Shown here: in pieces, positions 28,778-38,662 of the stretch
How positions within the stretch are numbered: position 1 is the first letter of the stretch
How the letters are laid out: each line of letters starts with the position of its first letter
Assembly: GCA_016930055.1 (NCBI GenBank)
Contig: JAFGHP010000091.1
Coordinates: 2,187-66,186, forward strand
From: Candidatus Bathyarchaeota archaeon
GTDB taxonomy: Archaea; Thermoproteota; Bathyarchaeia; TCS64
DNA: 64,000 nucleotides
Reading direction: 5' to 3'
The notes under the pieces: generated by a model
What the model was told of the DNA's origin: nothing
Database searches by the model: none
The model's input: only the letters and a program-made list of their open reading frames with translations
Program-made: the position numbers and the translations under genes

Positions 28778-31777
28778 ATGAAACCTGTCCTAGTTATTGG
28801 CGGTGGCATCACTGGTATCCAGACTTCTTTGGATCTAGCAAATAGAGGAATTAAAGTTCACCTTATAGAAAAAACATCAAGTATAGGAGGAGTAATGTCC
28901 CAACTTGATAAAACTTTTCCTACAAACGATTGCTCAATGTGTATTCTAGCTCCCAAAATGATCGAGTGTTCCCGAAATGAAAACATAAAGATTCACACTA
29001 TGAGTGAAGTCATTGAAATAAAAGGGGAAGCAGGGGATTTTAAAGTAAAAATAATCGAACACCCTAGGTCTGTTGATGTCGAGAAATGCACTGGTTGCGG
29101 TATTTGTTCAGAGAAATGCCCCATTAAAGTAAGAAGCGAGTATCAATCTGGAACAGGTTATCGTAAAGCAATATATTTACCATTTCCACAAGCTGTTCCA
29201 CTTATCGCAACTATTGATAGAACTAATTGTTTATGGTTTAGTAAAGAGATTTGTCGAATATGTGAAAAATTTTGTCCATCTAAGGCAATTAATTATGATC
29301 AAGTAGAAACTATCTCTGAAATTGAAGTTGCTAGTATTGTTTTAGCACAAGGAGCTGAAGCTTTTAATCCAGAGGTATTAACTGAGTATGGTTATGGGGT
29401 TTATCCCAACGTAGTAACTTCTTTGGAATTTGAACGCATTATGAGTGCAACTGGTCCTTTTAATGGTCAAATCTTACGTTCAAGTGATAAAATTAAACCA
29501 AAAAAAATTGCTTTTTTACAATGTATTGGTAGCAGAGATAGTAGAGTAGGGAATTCGTATTGCAGTAGTGTTTGTTGTATGTATGCAATTAAAGAAGCAG
29601 TTATAGCTCAAGAACATGATCCTAATTTAGATACCACAATTTTCTTTATTGATATTAGGGCATTTGGTAAAGAATTTGAAGACTATTACACTCAAGCTGA
29701 AAAGGGAAATAAAATTAGATTTATAAGAAGTAGAATATCAAGTATCGAAGAAATTCCAGAAACAAAAAATCTTGAAATATCATATGAATCAAATGGAGAA
29801 ATTAAGAAAGAAATTTTTGATATGATAATTTTAAGCGTAGGTTTAGAACCTCCTAAAGAATTGAATAATTTTTCACTATCTATTGATTTAAAGTTAAATA
29901 AATATGGATTTGTACAAACAGAGAATTTTTCGCCAGTCGATACTTCATTACCAGGAATATATGTTGCTGGTGTTTTAAGCGGACCAAAAGATATTCCAGA
30001 TAGTATTTCTCAAGCATCAGCAGCAGCTGTAAGAGCTGCAAGTAATTTAAGGATAGAATATGAAGAAACTAATTATTCAATTTATCAAGAAAAAAATGTT
30101 GAAGATAAAATTCCTAGAATAGGTGTATTTGTTTGTCATTGTGGTACAAATATTGGTAGCGTTGTAGATGTCCCTAGTGTCGTTGAATATGTAAAAAATC
30201 TTCCAAATGTTATATACGCTGAAGAAAATTTATTCACATGCAGCCAAGACACGCAGAAAAAGATAATTCATTTAATTAAAGAACATGAACTGAACAGAAT
30301 TGTAGTAGCAAGTTGTTCACCAAGAACTCATGAAGCTCTTTTCCAAGCTACTTTACAGGAAGCAGGGTTAAATCCATATTTATTTGAAATGGCGAATATC
30401 CGAGATCAATGTAGCTGGGTACACATGCATGAACATGAGAAAGCCACTCAGAAAGCTAAAGATCTTGTAAGAATGGCAATATCTAAAGCTAGGTTATTAA
30501 AACCGTTAACAAAACCTGTAACAAATGTAACACAATCTGCTTTAGTAATTGGTGGAGGCATTAGTGGTATTACTGCTGCTCTGGAGATTGCTGACCAAGG
30601 TTATTTAGTCCATTTAGTAGAAAAAGAAGGTGAATTGGGCGGTAATTTTAAGAAAATAAAATATCTGCCTTCAGGTGATGATCCTGAAAAGTTCCTGAAA
30701 AATTTAAAATCACAAGTTAGTGAAAATAAAAATATAATAACGCATCTTAATTCAAAAATTAATAGTATTTTCGGTTATTTAGGAAATTTTGAATCTGTAA
30801 TCAGTAAAGATAAAGAAACAACCCGGATAAAACATGGCGTAGTTATTGTAGCAACGGGTGGTCTAGAATATAAACCCAAAGAATATCTATATGGTACCCC
30901 AGGTATTATAACCCAATTAGAATTTGAAGAATTATTAAGCAAAAGCTACAAACCAGAAAGCATTGTAATGATACAATGTGTGGGTAGCCGGTGTGAAGAA
31001 CGTAGTTATTGTAGTCGTATATGTTGTACAGGTGCAATAAGTAATGCTTTAAAAGCTAAGGAATTAAATCCTGATTCTGAAATATTTATTTTATTTAAAG
31101 ATATTAGAACCTATGGCTTCAAAGAAGATTATTATAGAGAAGCTGCAGAAAAGGGAATAATTTTCATTAGATATGATGACGAAAATAAACCAGAAGTAAG
31201 TAATGATGGTAAAATAAAAATTAATGTTTTAGATCCTGTACTTAAACAAAAACTAGTTATAAACCCTGAAGTATTAGTTTTAAGCTCAGCAATTATACCA
31301 CAAGAAGATTCAAAAGAATTATCAGGGATTTTAAAAGTGCCACTTAGTAAAGATGGCTTCTTTTTAGAAGCTCACATGAAGTTAAGGCCTCTTGATTTCG
31401 CTACTGAAGGAATATTTTTGTGTGGCCTTGCCCATGCACCAAAAACAATTGATGAATGTATTAGTCAAGCTCTTGGTGCTGCAGCTCGCTCCATAACAAT
31501 TCTAAGTAAAAAAGAAATTGAAACTGAAGGAGTCATAGCGATAGTAGATGAAAAAATTTGTTGTGGATGTCAATTATGTCTAAATGTCTGTGAATATAAT
31601 GCAATTGAGATTAGAAATATAGAGGGTAAAATGCGAAGCCATATTATTCCTGAAATTTGTAAAGGATGTGGAGTATGTGCTGCAACATGCCCGAGTGGAG
31701 CTATTACAATTGGGCATTTCACCGATGATGAGATTTTAAGTCAAATAAAAAATGCTTTCAAAGAGGTAATTGCATGA
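28778..31777 (+). CDS. hdrA: Tandem-duplicated HdrA-like flavoprotein of 999 aa.
   Basis: There are two FAD Rossmann motifs, LVIGGGITGIQT and LVIGGGISGITA. An internal HdrA N-domain (IGVFVCHCGTN) and ferredoxin boxes are present. Confidence 0.85.
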   Translation: MKPVLVIGGGITGIQTSLDLANRGIKVHLIEKTSSIGGVMSQLDKTFPTNDCSMCILAPKMIECSRNENIKIHTMSEVIEIKGEAGDFKVKIIEHPRSVDVEKCTGCGICSEKCPIKVRSEYQSGTGYRKAIYLPFPQAVPLIATIDRTNCLWFSKEICRICEKFCPSKAINYDQVETISEIEVASIVLAQGAEAFNPEVLTEYGYGVYPNVVTSLEFERIMSATGPFNGQILRSSDKIKPKKIAFLQCIGSRDSRVGNSYCSSVCCMYAIKEAVIAQEHDPNLDTTIFFIDIRAFGKEFEDYYTQAEKGNKIRFIRSRISSIEEIPETKNLEISYESNGEIKKEIFDMIILSVGLEPPKELNNFSLSIDLKLNKYGFVQTENFSPVDTSLPGIYVAGVLSGPKDIPDSISQASAAAVRAASNLRIEYEETNYSIYQEKNVEDKIPRIGVFVCHCGTNIGSVVDVPSVVEYVKNLPNVIYAEENLFTCSQDTQKKIIHLIKEHELNRIVVASCSPRTHEALFQATLQEAGLNPYLFEMANIRDQCSWVHMHEHEKATQKAKDLVRMAISKARLLKPLTKPVTNVTQSALVIGGGISGITAALEIADQGYLVHLVEKEGELGGNFKKIKYLPSGDDPEKFLKNLKSQVSENKNIITHLNSKINSIFGYLGNFESVISKDKETTRIKHGVVIVATGGLEYKPKEYLYGTPGIITQLEFEELLSKSYKPESIVMIQCVGSRCEERSYCSRICCTGAISNALKAKELNPDSEIFILFKDIRTYGFKEDYYREAAEKGIIFIRYDDENKPEVSNDGKIKINVLDPVLKQKLVINPEVLVLSSAIIPQEDSKELSGILKVPLSKDGFFLEAHMKLRPLDFATEGIFLCGLAHAPKTIDECISQALGAAARSITILSKKEIETEGVIAIVDEKICCGCQLCLNVCEYNAIEIRNIEGKMRSHIIPEICKGCGVCAATCPSGAITIGHFTDDEILSQIKNAFKEVIA

Positions 31778-32190
31778 CGGATTTTGAGCCAAAAATTATT
31801 GGTTTTTTATGCAATTGGTGTAGTTACGCTGGAGCAGATCTTGCAGGAGTAAGTAGGTTTCAATATCCACCAAATATGAGACAAATCAGAGTAATGTGTA
31901 GTGGACGAATTCATCCAAGTTTTATCCTTCAAGCTTTCAAAGAAGGAGCAGATGGAGTGCTTGTTGCTGGTTGCCATACACCAAACGATTGCCATTATAT
32001 TTCTGGAAATTTTAAAACAGAACGCCGTGTAGCTATTCTAAAAAAATTATTAGAACAATTAGGCTTAGAACCAGAAAGGCTTAGACTTGAATGGATTAGC
32101 GCGTCTGAAGGCGAAAAATTTTCCAAAACAGTATTAGAAATGACTAATGAGCTCCGAAAACTTGGACCAAGCCCAATCAAAGAGGAGTAA
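31774..32190 (+). CDS. mvhD: Methyl-viologen-reducing hydrogenase delta subunit.
   Basis: IIGFLCNWCSYAGADLAG...CSGRI...GCHTPNDCHY is the MvhD signature. Confidence 0.85.
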   Translation: MTDFEPKIIGFLCNWCSYAGADLAGVSRFQYPPNMRQIRVMCSGRIHPSFILQAFKEGADGVLVAGCHTPNDCHYISGNFKTERRVAILKKLLEQLGLEPERLRLEWISASEGEKFSKTVLEMTNELRKLGPSPIKEE

Positions 32191-32192
32191 AA

Positions 32193-32696
32193 ATGACTGA
32201 AATAATTTTTAATGAAGATACAAAACGTTTCAGAGATAGTATCCTAAAAATTGGTGGGGCTGAAAGGCTCATGTTATGTTATCAGTGTGGTACATGCACT
32301 AATGATTGCCCGGTAGCCAAACGTATTGAAGAGTTCCGTCCCAGAAATATTGCTAGATTAGCTATGTTTGGCCAGAAACAACAATTGTTTTCAAGCGATC
32401 TTTTGTGGCTTTGTGCAGGATGTTATACATGTTATGAACACTGTCCCCAAAAAGTACATGTTTCTGAGATAATATCAGCACTAAGAAGATTAGCATTTAT
32501 TGAAGGAAAAATACATCCAACAATAAAATCTCTGTTAACAGCATTATCGCGTTATGGTTATATTATGGAAATAGGAGAATTTGAAAATGAACTTAGAGAA
32601 GAAGAAAATTTACCACCAGCACCTGAACCTGCAATTAATGAAATCTCAACAATAATGGAAAAAACTGGAACATTAAAAAAAGTTGGAGGGAACTAA
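32193..32696 (+). CDS. hdrC: Heterodisulfide reductase subunit C.
   Basis: CYQCGTCTNDCP and CAGCYTCYEHCP are the two cluster motifs. Confidence 0.85.
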   Translation: MTEIIFNEDTKRFRDSILKIGGAERLMLCYQCGTCTNDCPVAKRIEEFRPRNIARLAMFGQKQQLFSSDLLWLCAGCYTCYEHCPQKVHVSEIISALRRLAFIEGKIHPTIKSLLTALSRYGYIMEIGEFENELREEENLPPAPEPAINEISTIMEKTGTLKKVGGN

Positions 32697-33567
32697 TTTT
32701 CTAAAGTATGCGTTTTTTGTAGGATGCACAACTCTTGGTCGTCTCCCTGGATACGAAAAATCTACTCGTAAACTTGCTGCAACACTTGGAATAGAATTGG
32801 TTGACATGCCTAATTCAAGTTGTTGTGGTACAACATATATGGAAGGAGTCGATGAATTAACTGCTTTAAGTTTAGCAGCAAGAAACATATGCATTGCAGA
32901 GGATATGGGCTTAAACATTTTAACAATATGTAATGGATGTACTGAAACTTTAACAAAAACTAATAAAATATTAAAAGAAAATCCTGAAAAATTAAAAAAA
33001 GTAAATGAAATACTTAAAGATACAGGAAGAGAATTTAAAGGAACAGTTGAAATAAAGCATCTATTAAGAATTTTAAAAGAAGACTATGGTTTAGAAAATT
33101 TAAAGAAAGCTATTGTTAAACCCTACAAAAGTCTAAAGGTAAGCACCCATTATGGATGCCATTTACTGAGACCATCAGATGTCATGAGTTATGATGATCC
33201 CAATCAACCAACTTCAATGGATGAAATCATTGAAATAACAGGGGCAAAAAGCGTTCAATATCCCGGAAAAATGGATTGCTGTGGAGGCCCGATTATGGGA
33301 ATAAGAGAAGACGTAACTTGGGCTATGGGACTAGAAAAGATTGAGGTTGTTAACAAATATGCCCAAGCACTGGTCACATCATGTCCCTTCTGTTTTATTT
33401 CCTATGAAAGAGCTCAATTGATGATTGACAACCAAAAAAAGTTACCAATTATACATCTCCCACAAATTTTGGGACTCAGCTTAGGTTTATCTGAAGAGGA
33501 TATAGGATTAAGGGATAACAAAATAGATTCTTCTTTTTTAAAAAATAATTTGGAGGCTCGAAAATAA
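32683..33567 (+). CDS. hdrB: Heterodisulfide reductase subunit B, with two CCG domains.
   Basis: The two repeats are FFVGC...SCCGT...CNGC and THYGCH...DCCGG...CPFCF. Confidence 0.85.
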   Translation: MEGTNFLKYAFFVGCTTLGRLPGYEKSTRKLAATLGIELVDMPNSSCCGTTYMEGVDELTALSLAARNICIAEDMGLNILTICNGCTETLTKTNKILKENPEKLKKVNEILKDTGREFKGTVEIKHLLRILKEDYGLENLKKAIVKPYKSLKVSTHYGCHLLRPSDVMSYDDPNQPTSMDEIIEITGAKSVQYPGKMDCCGGPIMGIREDVTWAMGLEKIEVVNKYAQALVTSCPFCFISYERAQLMIDNQKKLPIIHLPQILGLSLGLSEEDIGLRDNKIDSSFLKNNLEARK

Positions 33568-34532
33568 ATAAATTAAACTTTGGTTTTTACTGGGCTGCAA
33601 GTTGTGGAGGATGCGAAATCGCAGTTTTAGATATAGATGAAAAAATTCTTGAAATATTGGAGATAGCGGATATTGTTTTCTGGCCAGTTGCCATGGATAT
33701 CAAATATAAAGAAGTTGAAAATATGTTGGATGGTTACATTGATGTATGTTTCTTCAATGGAGCAATTCGAAATTCAGAACAAGAATATCTAGCAAAATTA
33801 TTGAGAAGGAAATCAAAAATCTTGATCGCTTTCGGAGCTTGTGCACAGTTAGGAGGAATCCCAGGATTAGCAAACATATTTAGTGCAGAAGAAATCTTCG
33901 AAACAATATATCATAGCACTCCTTCAACCAACAATACTTTAAAAATTGAACCGAATGAATCAACAAAAATTGTCGAAGGCATATTAGAGCTACCAACATT
34001 TTATGATGAAGTTAAACCTCTCGATAAAATTGTGCAAGTTGATTATTATATTCCAGGATGTCCACCACCACCTAAATTGATTATTCAAGCAGTAGAAGCA
34101 ATAAGATCGAATAAACTTCCTCCAAAAGGGAGTATTCTTGCACCAGAAATAGCGGTTTGTGATGAATGCCCTAGAAAAAAAGAAGATAAAAAAATTTCAG
34201 AGATTAAAAGGGTGTTAGATTTTGTACCAGATTCTGAAAAATGTCTTTTAGAACAGGGTATAATATGCATGGGACCAGCAACTAGGGGTGGATGCGATGC
34301 TAAATGTATTCAAGCAAACATGCCATGTACAGGATGTGGTGGACCTTGTCCAAACATAGAGGAGCAAGGAGCAGCAATGATTAGTGCTCTGAGTACGGTT
34401 TTAGGAATAGGAGAAGAAAAAGACGAAAATTATTCAGTTAATAATTTAATTTCGCAACTCAAGGATCCATTAGGAACTTTCTATAAGTATACTTTACCAT
34501 CATCAATAATTAAAAAAAGGTATAAAAAATGA
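33564..34532 (+). CDS. mvhG: [NiFe] hydrogenase small subunit of the F420-non-reducing Mvh type. The start codon appears to be ATA, so the coordinate is uncertain.
   Basis: The N-terminal NFGFYWAASCGGCEIAVLD box lies upstream of the TTG the ORF tool used. Distal cluster motifs CMGPATRGGCDAKC and CTGCGGPCP are present. Confidence 0.8.
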   Translation: MNKLNFGFYWAASCGGCEIAVLDIDEKILEILEIADIVFWPVAMDIKYKEVENMLDGYIDVCFFNGAIRNSEQEYLAKLLRRKSKILIAFGACAQLGGIPGLANIFSAEEIFETIYHSTPSTNNTLKIEPNESTKIVEGILELPTFYDEVKPLDKIVQVDYYIPGCPPPPKLIIQAVEAIRSNKLPPKGSILAPEIAVCDECPRKKEDKKISEIKRVLDFVPDSEKCLLEQGIICMGPATRGGCDAKCIQANMPCTGCGGPCPNIEEQGAAMISALSTVLGIGEEKDENYSVNNLISQLKDPLGTFYKYTLPSSIIKKRYKK

Positions 34533-35986
34533 AAACAATTACAATTGATCCAATTACTAGGCTTGAAGGCCATGGAAAAATAACCATCTTCCTAAATAAA
34601 GAAGGAGATGTTGAGAACGCGTTTCTTCAGATTCCGGAATTACGTGGATTCGAAAAATTCTGTGAAGGAAGGCGTGCTGAGGATATGCCAATAATCACTC
34701 CAAGAATATGTGGTGTATGTCCTGTAGCTCATCATTATGCTGCAACTAAGGCGCTTGACGCTGCATTCGAAGTGAAACCAACTGAAACCGCTAAGAAACT
34801 TAGGGAATTAATGTATATGGGTTATATTATTTATGATCATATTCTTCATTTCTATTTTCTTGGAGGACCAGACTTTATTGTTGAACCAGGTTCCCCTGCT
34901 ACTGAAAGAAATGTCTTTGGTGTATTTAAAAAAGTTGGATTAGATGTCGGTAAAGAAGTTATTAAACACCGTGCATATGGACAAAAAATTACTGAAATTA
35001 TTGGAGGTAAAGCAACTCACCCAACTTGTGGGATCCCAGGAGGTATAAGTAAAGGTTTAACAGAAGATGAACGCATCAAAATTGAAGACATGGCAAAAAG
35101 CAGCATCAATTTTTCTAAATTTACCTTAGAAATTTTTGATAAAATTATTTTAAAAAATTCTAATTATCTAGATTTAATAAATGATAATTCCTTTAAATTA
35201 GATTCATACAACATGGGTTTAGTAGATTCTTATAATAATGTCAATTTTTATGAAGGCGTTCTTCGAGTAACGGATCAAAAAGATCATGAAATTAGTAGAT
35301 TTAAAGCAGAAGATTACCTAAATCATATTGAAGAGCATGTAGAGTCTTGGACATATAGCAAGTTTGTTTATTTAAAAAAAATTGGTTGGAAAGGGCTTAT
35401 TGCTGGAACTGAAAGTGGTGTATATAGAGTAGGTCCACTAGGAAGATTAAATGTAGCAGAAGGTTTTGCTACTCCTCTAGCAAATAATGAGTATAAGCGG
35501 ATGTTCAAAACATTTGGCGTAAAACCTATACAATCAACTTTAGCGTTTCATTGGGCTCGAATAATAGAGCTGCTTTATGCCTCAGAAAGAGCTTTAGAAT
35601 TGGTTCTAGATAAAAACATTACAAATACAGATTTAAAGAATCCAATAGGTAAACCAAGTGAAGGAGTAGGAGTTGTGGAAGCTGCAAGGGGTGTCTTAAT
35701 CCATCACTATAAACTTGACAATGAAGCGATCATTAAAAAAGCTAACCTCATTGTAGCGACAACAAACAACTACGCTGATATTTGTATTAGTATACGTGAT
35801 GCAGCTAGGAAAGTTATTCAAAAAGGGAAGGTTTCTGAGGGACTTTTAAATCAAATAGAAATGGCTTTCAGAGCATATGATCCATGTTTTGGATGTAGTA
35901 CTCATAGTCTACCAGGTAATAGTCCCCTTACTGTAATGATATATAATTCTGAGAAAAAATTAATTAAAGAATTAAAGAGGAATTAG
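34529..35986 (+). CDS. mvhA: [NiFe] hydrogenase large subunit.
   Basis: The N-terminal RICGVCPVAHH and the C-terminal DPCFGCSTHS are the Ni-Fe ligand boxes. A C-terminal tail is present for protease cleavage. Confidence 0.9.
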   Translation: MKTITIDPITRLEGHGKITIFLNKEGDVENAFLQIPELRGFEKFCEGRRAEDMPIITPRICGVCPVAHHYAATKALDAAFEVKPTETAKKLRELMYMGYIIYDHILHFYFLGGPDFIVEPGSPATERNVFGVFKKVGLDVGKEVIKHRAYGQKITEIIGGKATHPTCGIPGGISKGLTEDERIKIEDMAKSSINFSKFTLEIFDKIILKNSNYLDLINDNSFKLDSYNMGLVDSYNNVNFYEGVLRVTDQKDHEISRFKAEDYLNHIEEHVESWTYSKFVYLKKIGWKGLIAGTESGVYRVGPLGRLNVAEGFATPLANNEYKRMFKTFGVKPIQSTLAFHWARIIELLYASERALELVLDKNITNTDLKNPIGKPSEGVGVVEAARGVLIHHYKLDNEAIIKKANLIVATTNNYADICISIRDAARKVIQKGKVSEGLLNQIEMAFRAYDPCFGCSTHSLPGNSPLTVMIYNSEKKLIKELKRN

Positions 35987-35989
35987 TTT

Positions 35990-36430
35990 TTGCGAGGACT
36001 AGTTATTGGAATAGGAAACATTCTAAGAACAGATGATGGTGTTGGATTACATACTTTAAAAAAAATAAAGAAGATTCTACCAGACTTTGATACCGTTGAT
36101 GTAGGTTTAGGGAGTATAGAAATTCTTGATCATATACAGGGTTATGATTTGATTTTCATTATTGATGCAATTGAAACTGGTGGAAAACCGGGTACAGTGT
36201 ATAAAATAGATCTTTCAAAAAATCAAGTTCCCCCAGAAATAAATTATAGTCATGGAATCGATATAGTTACAACATTAAAATTAGGGCAATTATTTGTAGA
36301 TAAACTCCCAAAAATAATTTTGTTAGCTGTAGAAGCTGAAGATGTTTTAACATTCAGTGAAGAATTAACACCGAAAGTAAAAAAAGCAATCAAAGAAATT
36401 ATAAAAGAAATTAATAATTATAGTAAATAA
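35990..36430 (+). CDS. Hydrogenase maturation endopeptidase of the HycI/FrhD/HyaD family.
   Basis: GIGNILRTDDGVG fits, the size fits, and it sits directly after the large subunit. TTG start. Confidence 0.75.
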   Translation: MRGLVIGIGNILRTDDGVGLHTLKKIKKILPDFDTVDVGLGSIEILDHIQGYDLIFIIDAIETGGKPGTVYKIDLSKNQVPPEINYSHGIDIVTTLKLGQLFVDKLPKIILLAVEAEDVLTFSEELTPKVKKAIKEIIKEINNYSK

Positions 36431-36538
36431 TATTTAATATTAAAAATGTTTGAAAAATAACCATCTTTTTATTAAAAGCTATTTTATTCAAGTTTTAAAG
36501 CGCTAAATTATTATTATCTTCAAGATATAAATGAGTTT

Positions 36539-36970
36539 ATGGTAAGAATCGAAGGCAATGAATTCCCTGATGATCTTTATTATCACAGAGAACATATGTG
36601 GATTAAAAATGAAGGTTCAATGATTCGAGTCGGATACAATGATTGGGCTCAACAAACCGCCGGAAAAATTTTAAGTCTTAAAGCCAGAAAAGCTGGAGCA
36701 AATATTGATGCAGGAAAAACATTAGGCAGCATTGAAAGTGGAAAATGGGTAGGAAGTTTAAAACTACCAGTTTCTGGTGAGTTAGTACAAATAAATCAAG
36801 AAGTACTTAAAGATCCTTCACTGATTAACAAAGATCCTTACGGTGAAGGTTGGGTTGCATTAATAAAACCCTCAAAATTAGCTGAGGAAATAAAAAACCT
36901 AATTCCTGGAAAAGATAAAGCAACCTTAGAGGCATGGCTTAAAGAAGAAAAAGTGAAGAATAAGCAATAG
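36539..36970 (+). CDS. GcvH-like lipoyl-carrier protein.
   Basis: Aligns along its length with glycine-cleavage H protein. The lipoyl-Lys region is SIESGKWVGSLKLPVSGELV, and the C-terminus contains DPYGEGW. Confidence 0.8.
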   Translation: MVRIEGNEFPDDLYYHREHMWIKNEGSMIRVGYNDWAQQTAGKILSLKARKAGANIDAGKTLGSIESGKWVGSLKLPVSGELVQINQEVLKDPSLINKDPYGEGWVALIKPSKLAEEIKNLIPGKDKATLEAWLKEEKVKNKQ

Positions 36971-37056
36971 GTTGGATAACTTTAGAAGAATGGCGCTTAC
37001 TTGATCTAGGTTATGTTGAGCCCTTTATTGCTCAAACATTCTATGAAGCAGTTGCT

Positions 37057-38061
37057 ATGACTGTGGAGAAAGAGGAGAGTCCAAACACACTAATTTTGTT
37101 ACTACCAGCATCCCCTTACGCATGTATTGGATACCATCAAGATCTTGAAAAAGAAATAGATTTACAATATTTAAAGAAGAAACAAATTCCAGTTATTAGA
37201 AGAAGCCAAGGAGGAGGAGCTACCTACTTAGATAGTAACCAGATTTTTTATCAAATAATCTCTAAAAAAAGTCAGGTTATCCCAAAAAAAATTAATGAAT
37301 TGTTCGAAAAAATGTTAAAAGTAACAGTAGAGACCTATCGAGCCCTTGGAGTACCTGCAGAGTTTAAACCTTTAAATGATGTAATTGTTAACGGAAAAAA
37401 AATTTCAGGGAATGGAGCCAGCAGTCATTCCTCCACAACGATTCTTGTTGGGAATATTATTATAGATTTAAATTATGAGCAAATGGCGCGGGTTCTAAAA
37501 GTATCTGATGAGAAATTTAGAGATAAAATAGCTAAAAGTATGGTGGAGTGGGTTACTAGTTTAAAGCGTGAATTAGATGTAATTCCTTCAGTTGAAATAA
37601 TTAAAGAAAAATATAAGGAAATGTTCCAAAAACAATTAGGTCTTAAATTAATCAAAGCTAGTCCTACAAATGAAGAGTGGAAAATTTTTAATGAACAGAT
37701 TCTACCTCAGAATCTTAGTTATGAATGGTTATATATGGAGCCCCCAATTTCCTTAAAAAGTAGAAGCATAAAAATAGCTCATGAGGTAAAAATAGTCGAA
37801 GTCGAGTATAAAGTTGCGAAACTTATACGAATAAGAGCTGAAATTTTTGGGGAATATATTACGAATATTCAAATACGTGGAGATTTTTTTGTTGTACCTA
37901 AAGAGTCAATAAAAATTCTTGAAGAAAAACTAGTTGGGTGTAAAATCGATGATATGAATATTAAAAAAGTTATTGAAGATTTTTATAAACACAATAATGT
38001 TGATACTCCCGGGATCACTTCAAGAGATTTTATTCAAGCAATTTTAAAAATAAATAAGTGA
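37057..38061 (+). CDS. lplA: Lipoate-protein ligase A-family protein, with catalytic and C-terminal domains.
   Basis: RRSQGGGATYLD is the BPL/LPL catalytic motif. Confidence 0.8.
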   Translation: MTVEKEESPNTLILLLPASPYACIGYHQDLEKEIDLQYLKKKQIPVIRRSQGGGATYLDSNQIFYQIISKKSQVIPKKINELFEKMLKVTVETYRALGVPAEFKPLNDVIVNGKKISGNGASSHSSTTILVGNIIIDLNYEQMARVLKVSDEKFRDKIAKSMVEWVTSLKRELDVIPSVEIIKEKYKEMFQKQLGLKLIKASPTNEEWKIFNEQILPQNLSYEWLYMEPPISLKSRSIKIAHEVKIVEVEYKVAKLIRIRAEIFGEYITNIQIRGDFFVVPKESIKILEEKLVGCKIDDMNIKKVIEDFYKHNNVDTPGITSRDFIQAILKINK

Positions 38062-38143
38062 TTAAAATAATCTAAAAAAATTTATTAAATAATATTTGAT
38101 TAGAAAATTATTTAACATCTAAAGTTTAAGATGGTTTGTTAGT

Positions 38144-38662
38144 ATGTCAAGCGTTCAAATGATTCTAATTAAAACAGAACTTGGAGATATTAAAGCAGAA
38201 ATAAACCTTGAAAAAGCCCCAATCACATCTACAAATTTCTTACGATATGTAGATAACAGACTCTATGATGGTACAACTTTTTTTAGGGCAGTTACAAAAG
38301 AAGCGTCTTTCCCAAACCAAAATGTACCAATCGAAGTTATTCAAAGTGGTCAAGTACCCAAAGAAAAAGAATATCCACCTATTGAACATGAGACCACAGA
38401 AAAAACAGGTCTAAAACATGTTGAAGGCGCAATTTCAATGTCTAGAGGAAAACCAGGTAGTGCAACGTCAAGTTTCTTTTTCTGTTTAAGGGACGAACCT
38501 GAGTTAGATTATGGTGGACAAAGAAATGCTGATGGGCAAGGTTTTTCAGCTTTCGGAAAGATAGTTTCTGGAATAGAAGTAGCTAAAAAAATACATGAAC
38601 AACCTAGGGAAGGGCAGAGATTAAAGCTACCAATAGGTATAATTTCTATTTCAAGAATCTAA
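38144..38662 (+). CDS. Cyclophilin-type peptidyl-prolyl isomerase, divergent.
   Basis: The blocks KAPITSTNFLRYV...YDGTTFFRAV, GAISMSRG and FSAFGKIVSG match cyclophilin. Confidence 0.7.
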   Translation: MSSVQMILIKTELGDIKAEINLEKAPITSTNFLRYVDNRLYDGTTFFRAVTKEASFPNQNVPIEVIQSGQVPKEKEYPPIEHETTEKTGLKHVEGAISMSRGKPGSATSSFFFCLRDEPELDYGGQRNADGQGFSAFGKIVSGIEVAKKIHEQPREGQRLKLPIGIISISRI

